Assembly (NCBI GenBank): GCA_964426075.1
Contig: CAYROP010000002.1
Coordinates: forward strand, 1 to 47,345
Origin: an uncultured Gammaproteobacteria bacterium
GTDB lineage: Bacteria > Patescibacteriota > Microgenomatia > CAYQLK01
DNA length: 47,345 bases
Direction: 5' to 3'
The notes beneath the pieces are model-generated. The model made no database searches. It was not told the origin of the DNA and was given only the letters and a program-made list of their open reading frames with translations. Made by a program: the position numbers and the translations under genes. Position 1 is the first letter of the stretch. Every line of letters starts with the position of its first letter. This document shows positions 16,282-25,663 of the stretch, piece after piece.

Positions 16282-17321
16282 AAATATTTAGACTACTGAC
16301 TTTTAAAAAAATCTTAATCTTAATTGTCATTATCATTGTCGGATTTTTTGCATACAATTCACTGAAACCAAAAGTCACTGAAATCGACGCTGAAGTAGTT
16401 AAAATTTCTGATGTAACTCAGGAAATAACCGCCGACGGCAAGATCAGCTCAGGAACAAGCTTCACTGCGTCCTTTGAACTTACCGGTAAAATAACCTACC
16501 AACCATTCAAAGTTGGCGACAAAATTACCAAAGGTACTAGACTTGCTTCGATAGATAGTAGTAGCTACAGGCTTGCTTACGACAGAGCACTCAAAGATTT
16601 CACACTCTCTTACTCATTACTTAATGAGTACGAACTTTCACAAAAAGATAAACCACTATCTGACCAAAGCAAACTTGACCGCAAACAAGTTGACATTCCG
16701 CTTCAGCAAGCTGAAAGCCTCGTCCAAGATGCAAGGAATAACTTAGCCAAAACCAGTATTTACTCTCCAATTTCGGGAACAATTACTTCTGTCAGCAAAA
16801 AAGTAGGCGAAACAGCCACTGCCACACAAACTGTTCTTACAATCCAAACTAATGATAATCCAGAATTTACCGCCGAAATCGATGATGTAGATATTGTCAA
16901 AATAATAGCCAGCCAAAAAACTGAAATTATCCTTGACGCATATCCAGACGACAAGTTTCTAGGAACAGTCACCGAAATTGCCCCATCAAAAACCAAAAAC
17001 CCTAACGGCATTGACGTTTATCTGATAAAAATTGCTTTTGCCACATCAGGAAAAACAGTTTATCTAGACCAAAACGGACAAGCTTCAATTATTCAAAAAA
17101 GACAATCAAATGTACTCAATGTTTCAACTTCAGCAATTATTGAAGATGGTAATCAGAAATATGTCTACTTAATAAAAAATAACAGAGCAGTTAAAACTCC
17201 AGTCACCACAGGTCTTGAATCCGACTTCGAAACCGAAATAACCTCTGGACTATCAGAAAACGATATTGTCAGCGTTACCAATCAAAATCTTACCGACAAT
17301 GCCCGCGTCAAAATCAACTAA
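16278..17321 (+). CDS. HlyD/MacA-type periplasmic adaptor (membrane fusion protein)
   Basis: N-terminal TM helix, then lipoyl-like, coiled-coil and beta-barrel segments (IYSPISGTITSV, LDAYPDDKFLGTV). Located upstream of the ABC pair. Confidence 0.75.
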   Translation: MKIFRLLTFKKILILIVIIIVGFFAYNSLKPKVTEIDAEVVKISDVTQEITADGKISSGTSFTASFELTGKITYQPFKVGDKITKGTRLASIDSSSYRLAYDRALKDFTLSYSLLNEYELSQKDKPLSDQSKLDRKQVDIPLQQAESLVQDARNNLAKTSIYSPISGTITSVSKKVGETATATQTVLTIQTNDNPEFTAEIDDVDIVKIIASQKTEIILDAYPDDKFLGTVTEIAPSKTKNPNGIDVYLIKIAFATSGKTVYLDQNGQASIIQKRQSNVLNVSTSAIIEDGNQKYVYLIKNNRAVKTPVTTGLESDFETEITSGLSENDIVSVTNQNLTDNARVKIN

Positions 17322-18033
17322 CACAATTATTGAGCTCAAGAATGTTTCAAGGATTTACAAACCAGAAGCAAAAAAAGGCAAATCAGATTCCAAATCTAAC
17401 AACGAGGAAATTACAATCAAAGCTCTGGATAATGTCAGTCTAAAAATCCATCAAGGTGAACTTGTTGGGATAGTCGGCCCTTCAGGATCTGGCAAGTCAA
17501 CATTAATGCACATAATAGGCCTGCTCGACAAACCCTCCTCTGGACAAGTTATCGTCAGCGGCAAAAATATTGAAAACTACTCCGAAACCCAAACTGCCTA
17601 TATCCGCAACAAAACCATCGGTTTTGTATTTCAGCAATTCAACTTACTACCCAGAACAAGTGCTATTGATAACGTCAAACTACCTCTAACTTATTCTCGA
17701 ACTTTCACTGGTAACCAAACCGAAAAAGCAGTTCAGATTCTTACCGAGGTTGGTCTTGGTGAAAGACTCAAAAACACCCCAGGCCAGCTTTCTGGTGGCC
17801 AACAACAGCGCGTTGCCTTTGCCAGAGCTCTTGCTAATGATCCAGATATATTACTTGCCGACGAACCAACCGGAAATCTCGATTCCAAATCCGGTGCTAC
17901 TATTTTGGATCTAATCAAAAACCTGCACAATAAAGGTCGAACAATCATAGTCGTGACTCACGACCCCTCAATGTCTAAGTTTTTTGACAGAACTATTACT
18001 ATAAAGGACGGCAAAATAGTGAATAATAAATAA
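17299..18033 (+). CDS. ABC transporter ATP-binding protein, MacB/LolD-type
   Basis: Walker [10 protein letters not shown], signature LSGGQQQRV, Walker B LLADEPT. The ORF is also open from 17266; I prefer the ATG at 17299. Confidence 0.9.
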   Translation: MPASKSTNTIIELKNVSRIYKPEAKKGKSDSKSNNEEITIKALDNVSLKIHQGELVGIVGPSGSGKSTLMHIIGLLDKPSSGQVIVSGKNIENYSETQTAYIRNKTIGFVFQQFNLLPRTSAIDNVKLPLTYSRTFTGNQTEKAVQILTEVGLGERLKNTPGQLSGGQQQRVAFARALANDPDILLADEPTGNLDSKSGATILDLIKNLHNKGRTIIVVTHDPSMSKFFDRTITIKDGKIVNNK

Positions 18034-18034
18034 A

Positions 18035-19225
18035 ATGAATTTTGCTTCAACAATTCAAGTCTCCACCAAAGCAATAATTGTCAACAAAGCCAGATCATTT
18101 TTGACAATGTTAGGAATAATTATCGGAGTCTTTGCAATTATCCTGCTTGTTAGTATCGGTTCAGGTATCCAAAATTACATAAACAAACAGTTCGAAAATC
18201 TCGGAACGACTTCAATTTTTATTCTTCCTGGAACTGGCGGAGTTTCGAGCGGTCCGCCAATTGGCAATGTCAGCAAGTTCGATCGTGAAATAATAGATAG
18301 GCTCAAAAGGGAAGAGGGTCGGAGTTTTGATCAGGTTGTGGCCTCACAAGACACCTTTGCTATAGCTAGATTCGGCGACAAGTCAAAAAATATGACATTA
18401 TCAGCTATGTCCACGAATGGTTTTGATGTCGCTTCGCTCGAAATAGTCAAGGGACGCAAATTTACTGAGGCTGAAGATCGGGCAGCCAAAAAAATCACTG
18501 TCCTAGGACCTACACTAGCCAACGAATTTTTTCCCGACTCTAGTCCACTTGGAGAAAAAATAACCATTGGTAGTACTAGATACACGATTATTGGAGTAAC
18601 CGACAAGCTTGGATCGGTTGCCGGCCAAGATCCTGATAATGCTGCCTATATTCCAATTAATACTTATCTTACCCAAACAGGCAACGACACGGTCTCCTCA
18701 CTTCTTGTCAGCGCCAAAAGCCAAGAATCTGTCGAACAAACCAAACAAAAAATTAACGACATACTACTTACCAAACTAGACAAGGATGATTTTACAATTC
18801 AAAGCCAAGAACAGCTATTATCTAGTATCCTTTCAATAATTTCTTTTATTACTTATGCTTTAGGCGGGATTGCGGCAATCTCATTACTTGTTGGTGGTAT
18901 CGGAATTAGTAATATTATGCTCGTTTCAGTAACTGAAAGAACAAGAGAGATCGGACTCAGAAAAGCACTCGGCGCAACCCCTGGTGATATTTTGACTCAA
19001 TTTTTGCTTGAAGCAATGATTCTTTCGCTTATTGGCGGATCAGCCGGCGTAGCTTTAGGATTTTTAGGCTCGATCGGATTATCCCAATTCCTCTCAACTA
19101 GCGTCCCATTATGGTCGGTCGTTCTTGCGTTTGGATTTTCAGCTGGTGTCGGAATTATCTTTGGATCTGTCCCTGCTTGGCGAGCAGCGAAGCTCAACCC
19201 GATTGACGCACTAAGGTACGAATAA
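18035..19225 (+). CDS. ABC transporter permease, MacB/FtsX-type
   Basis: 396 aa with TM1, a large extracytoplasmic domain, then a C-terminal FtsX-like three-TM bundle (REIGLRKALGA motif). Confidence 0.85.
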   Translation: MNFASTIQVSTKAIIVNKARSFLTMLGIIIGVFAIILLVSIGSGIQNYINKQFENLGTTSIFILPGTGGVSSGPPIGNVSKFDREIIDRLKREEGRSFDQVVASQDTFAIARFGDKSKNMTLSAMSTNGFDVASLEIVKGRKFTEAEDRAAKKITVLGPTLANEFFPDSSPLGEKITIGSTRYTIIGVTDKLGSVAGQDPDNAAYIPINTYLTQTGNDTVSSLLVSAKSQESVEQTKQKINDILLTKLDKDDFTIQSQEQLLSSILSIISFITYALGGIAAISLLVGGIGISNIMLVSVTERTREIGLRKALGATPGDILTQFLLEAMILSLIGGSAGVALGFLGSIGLSQFLSTSVPLWSVVLAFGFSAGVGIIFGSVPAWRAAKLNPIDALRYE

Positions 19226-19276
19226 AAATTGAAAATTCAACTAATACTGCTATAATTCATCGGTAAGTTAGTCAAA

Positions 19277-19795
19277 ATGACTACAAATAACGCTACTTTT
19301 TCCAGACTGCCCGTCAATCAAGAACGCGACCGTCAGCCTGAGTCGCTTGCTTCCGCTCGTCCAAATCCAGAAATCCTTCCAAATATTTCTGCAAACAGCG
19401 ATTTGTCAGGTGATATTGAACTAGACTCACTTTTCAATACTGTTCAAGCTGAAATCCGAGAATCAAGTAGGCTTGATGAAATAAGATCCTCACTTTCAAA
19501 TAACGATCCTGCAATCCAAACAGAAATTGAAGATCTAACCGCCAGGCTTGCCAGTGCCAAAATAAATGCAGGAATTATAGAAACAGAATCTGTAAGCAAC
19601 ACACAAGCCACAATCCACGCCCAAGAAAGATCCAGACTTAGAAAAATGCTTGCTAAATTATTTAAGAAAAATCCAGCCCTTTCTGAACACGCACTTGTAA
19701 ATAAACGCAAAAAACAACTTGGCGGCATTACCGGAGCAATGACTGGCGATCAGAACAAACTAATGGAACTAAACGGTTCTTCAGCAGTTTTTTAA
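19277..19795 (+). CDS. Hypothetical protein
   Basis: 172-aa ORF, polar and probably coiled. No motif recognised. Confidence 0.45.
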   Translation: MTTNNATFSRLPVNQERDRQPESLASARPNPEILPNISANSDLSGDIELDSLFNTVQAEIRESSRLDEIRSSLSNNDPAIQTEIEDLTARLASAKINAGIIETESVSNTQATIHAQERSRLRKMLAKLFKKNPALSEHALVNKRKKQLGGITGAMTGDQNKLMELNGSSAVF

Positions 19796-19902
19796 TCGTT
19801 TCTTATTTTCACCTCTATTGCCATCGACTCGCTATTTCAATAAAATACCCAAGCTAAAAAAAATATTTTCTTATTATGGTTTTTGGACAGGCTCTGCCTG
19901 AC

Positions 19903-19960
19903 AAAAACTTTCCTATTCTAGGAAAGGGAATATTAAGGGGAAACCTTGGTTGCCCCTTAA
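19903..19960 (+). promoter_or_regulatory. Conserved two-hairpin tRNA 5' leader motif, copy 3
   Basis: The sequence aaaaactttcctattctaggaaagggaatattaaggggaaaccttggttgccccttaa ends 8 nt before tRNA-Val(GAC). Confidence 0.4.
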
Positions 19961-19968
19961 CGTATTAA

Positions 19969-20045
19969 GGGCTTGTAGCTCAGTTGGTTAGAGCGTTACA
20001 TTGACATTGTAAAGGTCAGAGGTTCGAGTCCTCTCAGGCCCACCA
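19969..20045 (+). tRNA. tRNA-Val (anticodon GAC), CCA encoded
   Basis: Acceptor gggcttg/caggccc, anticodon arm ttaca-ttGACat-tgtaa, T arm agagg-ttcgagt-cctct, then a-cca. Confidence 0.9.
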
Positions 20046-20048
20046 AAA

Positions 20049-20453
20049 CTAAATCTGCACTCCGTTTTTTTCGAGTTTTCTGGCTTTTCTTTTGGAATGA
20101 ATTTCGCACCTAAACTCCGGATATCTGTCTTTTGATCTATCATAATTAACTGTTTTGACTATCCGATAACCACGGCAAAGCTTGCCACAATCCACACATC
20201 TAACATTATCTCTTATCTCCCATTGAGTGCTTAGAGTACTTGAGGTAAAAATAAAACTATCAACCCAGAAAAAAATAAGTCCACCAATAAAGTTAGCAAT
20301 CGTTGCCGCAATCCAATCCTCACTAGTACCAAACATTGACGCTGACCCCTTAAAATACGCCACAATCGGAGCAAGTAGAGGTGTAGATAGCTGCCAACGA
20401 ATTAAATACAGTCCGTATCTTTTAAAATTAATTTTTCTTTTTACTTTTGCCAT
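20049..20453 (-). CDS. Hypothetical membrane protein with a C-terminal Cys-rich (zinc-ribbon-like) tail
   Basis: 134 aa with two or three hydrophobic helices, followed by CVDCGKLC ... CEIH. Confidence 0.45.
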   Translation of the reverse strand: MAKVKRKINFKRYGLYLIRWQLSTPLLAPIVAYFKGSASMFGTSEDWIAATIANFIGGLIFFWVDSFIFTSSTLSTQWEIRDNVRCVDCGKLCRGYRIVKTVNYDRSKDRYPEFRCEIHSKRKARKLEKNGVQI

Positions 20454-21561
20454 TTATATGTCTTTGATATTCAGTTTCGTATTGATCGACAATTTTTTCA
20501 ACCCCAAAATTAGAAATATATTTTTGTGACCAACTCATCCAAGACTGCCTAAGTTTTTTATCAAAGATCATTGATTCTAGTTTTTTGCTAAAAACCACAG
20601 TGTCTTTTGGTTCAATTACTGATTTTTGACCAAATCCCTTCATTACCGATCGGTACCCAGAATTATTACCACAAACCACCACTACGCCACGAGCCATTGC
20701 TTCAAGTAATACAATGCCAAAACTTTCTCCATAAAGTGCAGGAGAACAAAATACATCCGCTCTGTCATACATACGCACCTTCTCTTCTTCCGAAACAAAA
20801 CCCAAAAACTTCACATTCGTTATCTTCTTTTTAACAACATACTTTTCCAACTTCTCTCTTTCAGGACCATCGCCAGCTATTTCTAAAAACACATTTTTTT
20901 GCTTATTAGACAAAACTTCAAAAGCTTTAAGTAGATATTTCACACCCTTTCGTTTCTCTAATCTTCCGATGTAAATAATAAGTTTTTTCTTCTTATTTGG
21001 AGTATTTTTACGCAAATGATATTTTTCAAAATCAACACAATTTGGAATAATCTCAACTTTTCTATTGGTAATTCCTCTGACATAAATTGCTGCTTCATCA
21101 GATACCGCCGTTAGTCCATCGATTTTTTTCATTACCAGCCTCGCATATGGCTCAATAACCTGCTCAAGAACTTTTGTCACTTTTGTCTCGGGTAATTTCG
21201 CATGAAAGGTCGCAATATTGACCGCATTAGAAGCAGATATTATTTGTGGTGACATCATTGGTACCCAAGGCTCATGGAAATGCAAAATATCAAATTTTTC
21301 TTCGACCATTAATCGTCGAATTCTCTTACTTTCAATACTTAAAGAAATCTGAGCCGTAGTCTGAAAAGGGTATTTCATGTCAATTAAACCACCGATAAAA
21401 ATAACCCCCTTATGTCCACGAACATCAGTTTTCCTTGGAGCTGGAGTAATAATTACTGCAGTATGCCCACGCCTATTAAGCTCTTTTTGCAAATTAAGTA
21501 CACACTCCTGTACCCCACCATTTTTAAAAATATTGTATGGGCATATAAGGCCAATTTTCAT
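20428..21561 (-). CDS. Glycosyltransferase family 4 (GT-B)
   Basis: N-terminal MKIGLICPY...GGVQ and C-terminal ESFGIVLLEAMA, the EX7E-type motif region. Confidence 0.8.
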   Translation of the reverse strand: MKIGLICPYNIFKNGGVQECVLNLQKELNRRGHTAVIITPAPRKTDVRGHKGVIFIGGLIDMKYPFQTTAQISLSIESKRIRRLMVEEKFDILHFHEPWVPMMSPQIISASNAVNIATFHAKLPETKVTKVLEQVIEPYARLVMKKIDGLTAVSDEAAIYVRGITNRKVEIIPNCVDFEKYHLRKNTPNKKKKLIIYIGRLEKRKGVKYLLKAFEVLSNKQKNVFLEIAGDGPEREKLEKYVVKKKITNVKFLGFVSEEEKVRMYDRADVFCSPALYGESFGIVLLEAMARGVVVVCGNNSGYRSVMKGFGQKSVIEPKDTVVFSKKLESMIFDKKLRQSWMSWSQKYISNFGVEKIVDQYETEYQRHINGKSKKKN

Positions 21562-21603
21562 TAAAGCGAAGTATAACAGTATCCAACTTTAGCCTCAACA
21601 ACC

Positions 21604-21631
21604 TTGACTTTTCCTTACTTTTCCATAAACT
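21604..21631 (+). promoter_or_regulatory. Candidate promoter of the bicistronic GC-rich cassette
   Basis: TTGACT (21604-21609), 16-nt spacer, TAAACT (21626-21631). A 5' hairpin tagacc-tcaa-ggtcta follows. Confidence 0.35.
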
Positions 21632-21701
21632 ATAGGGCAACTTAGACCTCAAGGTCTATTTTGAACCTTAACTCAACCTAAGCAGACTGGAGTTTCCAAA
21701 A

Positions 21702-22343
21702 GTGTTTACCCTTCCTCTGGTGACTATCTCAGATAGCGACTGGCCAAACGACAACTCCGAACTTGGAGTCAACAACTACCGCCCGCACCCAGGCGACCTC
21801 AGCAGGTTTTTGGCTTTCCAAAGCCAAACCTACCTTGGAGCTGGGTATCACGAGCGGTACAACAATCCGATGCTCGCTGCACCAAGTAGCGAAGCAGCAG
21901 GTGGCACCATCTACTTCCACAACGACATTCGTCGTGAAGACCTTGCCGGAGTACTCCGCGCACTCGATATCAAAGACCCCCCTGGGGCTCCGAAAAAGTT
22001 CATCGTCTATTCGGCCACCAGCCACAAGCCTGGCGAAGACCAATACCTCAAACAACTCAGGTTCGTCAGCCACTTCGCAATGATTTATGGCTTCCACGCC
22101 GTCAAAGAACGCGAAGAAGCCGGACTTCCAACTCAAGAGCTCACGCTGGAGGAAATCATCTGGCTTTTCATCCAGAATCAACGCGAAGAGTGGGGAACCA
22201 GCTTTACCTCGCCCAAACTCGATCGCCTCTTCGGTGGTGACGGCTGGAATGCCAGAGAAGAACTCTCATTCGGCCTTCAGGTCGAATCCGACTACAACCG
22301 CGTCTATCGTCTCTGGAGTAGGGCATGGCTCGTCCACAAGTAA
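21702..22343 (+). CDS. Hypothetical protein (213 aa), GC-rich outlier, no recognisable family
   Basis: GTG start preceded by ctggag. Codon bias matches the other GC-rich genes. Overlaps the downstream HD gene by 19 nt. Confidence 0.6.
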   Translation: MFTLPLVTISDSDWPNDNSELGVNNYRPHPGDLSRFLAFQSQTYLGAGYHERYNNPMLAAPSSEAAGGTIYFHNDIRREDLAGVLRALDIKDPPGAPKKFIVYSATSHKPGEDQYLKQLRFVSHFAMIYGFHAVKEREEAGLPTQELTLEEIIWLFIQNQREEWGTSFTSPKLDRLFGGDGWNAREELSFGLQVESDYNRVYRLWSRAWLVHK

Positions 22344-22894
22344 AAGGTGTCGACACAACCAACTACCCAAGCTTTGATGAGCTGTTTAGTCTCATCGAAG
22401 AACCTCTTCAGGCTAGCCTAAGGGAACAACACTCCGTATGGCTACCACTGTTCAATGCTTCTCAAGGAGCAAGACACAACCACCACAGCTGGCATCCATT
22501 CGGCTACCTCGACCACGTTCAAGAATGCATGGTTTTGGCCGTCTCGCTCTACCAGCACCTTAGCCTCACCAGACCCCTGGATTTCACTCTCAGTTCAGCG
22601 CTAGCTGTTCTGTACCTCCACGACATCGAAAAACCTTTCCGCTACGTCAGAGCCGAACCCAACCTCGAAACCAAAGATCAGAGAAAAAAGTTTCGGCGCG
22701 AGTTCGTCCACAAGTGGGGAATTCCACTAAGCCCAGCCGAAATCCGCGCACTCGACCTCGTTGAAGGAGAAAACGACGAGTACTCGCCCAACGAAAGAAT
22801 CATGAAGCCCCTTGTCGCATTCTGCCACGCTTGCGACACCATGTCCGCACGCATTTGGTTCGACTTTGGCATTAGCCGAGTTAAAACCAAATAA
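22325..22894 (+). CDS. HD-domain phosphohydrolase-like protein (189 aa), GC-rich outlier
   Basis: LDHVQEC ... LAVLYLHDIEKPF ... CHACDTMSAR gives an H...HD...D pattern. SD ggag lies upstream of the ATG. Confidence 0.6.
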   Translation: MARPQVKGVDTTNYPSFDELFSLIEEPLQASLREQHSVWLPLFNASQGARHNHHSWHPFGYLDHVQECMVLAVSLYQHLSLTRPLDFTLSSALAVLYLHDIEKPFRYVRAEPNLETKDQRKKFRREFVHKWGIPLSPAEIRALDLVEGENDEYSPNERIMKPLVAFCHACDTMSARIWFDFGISRVKTK

Positions 22895-22906
22895 CTAACT
22901 TCAACC

Positions 22907-22940
22907 AGACCCGCTTTTTACTAGAAAAGCGGGTCTTTTT
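22907..22940 (+). terminator. Intrinsic terminator
   Basis: Stem agacccgctttt / aaaagcgggtct (12 bp), followed by a T-run. Confidence 0.75.
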
Positions 22941-22977
22941 CATATCTCTCCACGCTTTAGGCTTTTGTTCTGCTAAA

Positions 22978-23268
22978 ATGACAAATATGACAGACAAAAC
23001 AGTTGATACAGCCGAAAAATATCTTCGGGTAATTGACAGCAAAAAACATATCCTAGTTAATAATTTCCTTGGTGGAATTTCTTGGGCCTTAGGTACAATC
23101 GTCGGATTTTTGATAATTAGTATTATTTCTGTCATGATTATCGGCCAAACCGGCGTGTTGTCCAAACTAAGCACTTGGTTTTCGGGAGTCATAGAAAACT
23201 CACAAAAAAGTGTCATTCCAGAAGAATTAGAAAACCTTCCAACTAATGTCCGACCAACACAAAAATAA
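22978..23268 (+). CDS. Small membrane protein, hypothetical
   Basis: 96 aa with two adjacent hydrophobic helices (FLGGISWALGTIVGFLIISIISVMIIG). Overlaps the thrS start. Confidence 0.5.
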   Translation: MTNMTDKTVDTAEKYLRVIDSKKHILVNNFLGGISWALGTIVGFLIISIISVMIIGQTGVLSKLSTWFSGVIENSQKSVIPEELENLPTNVRPTQK

Positions 23269-24982
23269 AATAAATATTCATCAAATCCGCCACTCGGCCG
23301 CACACCTAACCGCCGCTGCGGTTCTCAAACTGTATCCAGAAACCAAACTAGCCATCGGACCTACAATCGATGAAGGGTTCTACTACGACTTGCTCACCCC
23401 TGAACCAATAAAAGAAGCAGACTTAGAAATCATTCAAAAAGAAGCAGAAAAACTAATTAGCCAAAATATTGACTTTATTCGGAGCGAAGTAAGTGTTAGC
23501 GAGGCCAAAATTATGCTTTCCAACCAACCATTCAAGCTAGAAATAGTTAACGAGCTCGAAACAAAAGGTGAAACAAAAGTATCTTTTTATACATCAGGAG
23601 ATTTTGTTGACCTCTGCGAAGGACCTCATGTTGATAACTCAAACCAAATTAAAGGATTCAAACTACTATCTCTGGCTGGAGCCTACTGGCGTGGTGACGA
23701 GAAAAATCCTATGCTTACTCGTATCTATGGAACCGCTTTTCATACCGACAAAGAATTGACAGAACACCTTGAACTCAAAGAACAAGCTAAACTCCGTGAT
23801 CACAGAGTAATCAGTCAAAAGCTTGAACTATTTGATCTTACAACAGAGATTGGGCTGGGTCTACCAATTTGGCTACCAAATGGCGCCACCATCAGAAGAA
23901 TATTAGATGATCTTGTTTTTGATCTTGAAATAAAAAACGGCTATCAGCATGTTTATACTCCAGCTCTAGGCAACCTCAATCTATACAAAACTTCTGGTCA
24001 TTACCCACATTATTCAGACACAATGTTCCCAGAGATCAAAGTTGAAAAAGAAACATATCTACTAAGACCAATGAACTGTCCAAGCCATATTGCTGTCTAT
24101 AACTACAAACCTCGCTCTTACAAAGATCTACCGCTTAAGCTTTCCGAAGCTGGCCAAGTTCACAGATATGAAAAATCGGGCGAATTAACCGGACTTTCTA
24201 GAGTTAGAGAATTTACAATTAACGATAGTCATATTTTTACCACTGAAGAAACCCTCAAACTCGAAATTCAAAAAACTCTCGATCAAATTATTCAGTTTCT
24301 AGAAATAGTCGGACTTACCCCTGACATATTTGAGCTCGCCTTGCACGACAAAGACGACAAAAAATATATAAAGGACGAAGAAATGTGGAAAAAAGCTGAA
24401 AATGTCCTAAGAGAAGTACTTAAAGAACGAAATGTTCAATTTAGGGAAGAAGTTGGTGGCGCAGCTTTTTATGGTCCAAAGATTGATGTTTTTGCTAAAG
24501 ACGCTCTTGGTCGTGAATTTGCGATCTCTACTTCGCAAGTCGACTTCCATATGCCTAAAGCTTTTGATCTTAATTTCATTAATTCTCAAGGAAAAAAAGA
24601 ACGCCCAGTTATTATCCACCGAGCAATCATTGGCAGTTTTGAAAGATTTTTCGCATTCTTAGTCGAACATTACGCCGGCGCTTTTCCATTCTTCTTAAGT
24701 CCAGTTCAATTTCAAATTATTCCCATATCTGAAAAATTCAGTAGTTATGCAGACGAAGTCGCAAGAACACTAAGCGAACAGCATTACCGTGTCAACATCG
24801 CCTCAAGCGACCAAACCATGGGAGAATCAATAAGAAGTGCCACCGAATCAAAAATTCCATACATGATCATCCTCGGCCAAAAAGAGGAAGAATCTCAACT
24901 TGTTTCAGTTAGATCAAGAGAAGGTGCCCAATCCAATCTGATCAAGCTTGATGTGTTCCTAAAAACACTATTAGATAAATGA
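23246..24982 (+). CDS. thrS: Threonyl-tRNA synthetase (short form lacking the N-terminal TGS domain)
   Basis: Begins in the editing/second additional domain (HSAAHLTAAAV); class II core (FRMPMNCP-like LLRPMNCPSH, HRYE, GAAFYGPKID); C-terminal anticodon-binding domain. Confidence 0.9.
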   Translation: MSDQHKNKINIHQIRHSAAHLTAAAVLKLYPETKLAIGPTIDEGFYYDLLTPEPIKEADLEIIQKEAEKLISQNIDFIRSEVSVSEAKIMLSNQPFKLEIVNELETKGETKVSFYTSGDFVDLCEGPHVDNSNQIKGFKLLSLAGAYWRGDEKNPMLTRIYGTAFHTDKELTEHLELKEQAKLRDHRVISQKLELFDLTTEIGLGLPIWLPNGATIRRILDDLVFDLEIKNGYQHVYTPALGNLNLYKTSGHYPHYSDTMFPEIKVEKETYLLRPMNCPSHIAVYNYKPRSYKDLPLKLSEAGQVHRYEKSGELTGLSRVREFTINDSHIFTTEETLKLEIQKTLDQIIQFLEIVGLTPDIFELALHDKDDKKYIKDEEMWKKAENVLREVLKERNVQFREEVGGAAFYGPKIDVFAKDALGREFAISTSQVDFHMPKAFDLNFINSQGKKERPVIIHRAIIGSFERFFAFLVEHYAGAFPFFLSPVQFQIIPISEKFSSYADEVARTLSEQHYRVNIASSDQTMGESIRSATESKIPYMIILGQKEEESQLVSVRSREGAQSNLIKLDVFLKTLLDK

Positions 24983-25069
24983 TATTGCTCGTCCAACAAA
25001 ATACTGCTAGAATAGCTCCGAAAATGTTCACATCTCACTCACAAGTCAAAACACAAATTCTCTAAAACC

Positions 25070-25588
25070 TTGCGTTACTTTAAGCTCAATCACCAAATCA
25101 CCGCTCCCGAAGTCAGACTTATTGACGAAGAAGGCAAACTAATTGGTGTCTTACCAATTGCCGAAGCTCAAGCCAAAAGCGCTGAAGCCGAACTCGATCT
25201 TGTCGAAATTGCCCCAAATGCACTTCCACCCGTTGTCAAAATGATCGATTTTGCCAAATTCAAATACATGGAAGCCAAAAAGGAGGCTTTAGCTAAGAAA
25301 AAAACTCGTGAAACAGAGCTTAAAGAAATAAGATTTAGTCCGTTTATTGGAGAAGGGGACTTTGATACGAGAATTAGGCGAGCTAAAGAGTTCCTCAAGC
25401 GTGGAGACTTAGTAAAAGTAACCGTCAAATTCAAAGGCCGCCAAATGGCTCATCAGGAATTTGGACCAAAACTTATGGAAAAAATCCTGATAGCTCTTGA
25501 AGGTATTGGCGAAAAAGAACGGGATTTTAAACAAATGGGACTTCAATTTACAGGTGTTATTAAACCCGCAAAAAGTACCAAAAAATAA
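25070..25588 (+). CDS. infC: Translation initiation factor IF-3 (non-ATG start)
   Basis: INHQITAPEVRLIDEEGKLIGV is a typical IF-3 N-terminus. There is no in-frame ATG. A TTG at 25070 is the first plausible start after the stop at 25013. Confidence 0.85.
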   Translation: MRYFKLNHQITAPEVRLIDEEGKLIGVLPIAEAQAKSAEAELDLVEIAPNALPPVVKMIDFAKFKYMEAKKEALAKKKTRETELKEIRFSPFIGEGDFDTRIRRAKEFLKRGDLVKVTVKFKGRQMAHQEFGPKLMEKILIALEGIGEKERDFKQMGLQFTGVIKPAKSTKK

Positions 25589-25663
25589 TTTTAGATTCAC
25601 TTATTGCAGTAAATAGTATTTTCTACTATCATATTGCGGCTAGTTCGCTAGTATTTTTTATAT

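Noticed and set aside
17266-17298. Upstream ATG start (17266) for the ABC ATPase
   Set aside because: It would overlap the adaptor gene by 56 nt. The ATG at 17299 gives a normal N-terminus before IIELKNV. The choice remains uncertain.
21729-22377. ORFs 21729..22181 (-), 21763..22083 (+) and 22087..22377 (+)
   Set aside because: These are shadow frames of the GC-rich 21702..22343 gene. Their products are Ser/Thr/Arg-rich low-complexity sequences without start signals.
22881-23303. 140-aa ORF on the minus strand across the terminator, the small membrane gene and the thrS start
   Set aside because: It spans an intrinsic terminator and two better-supported + strand genes. It has no start signals.
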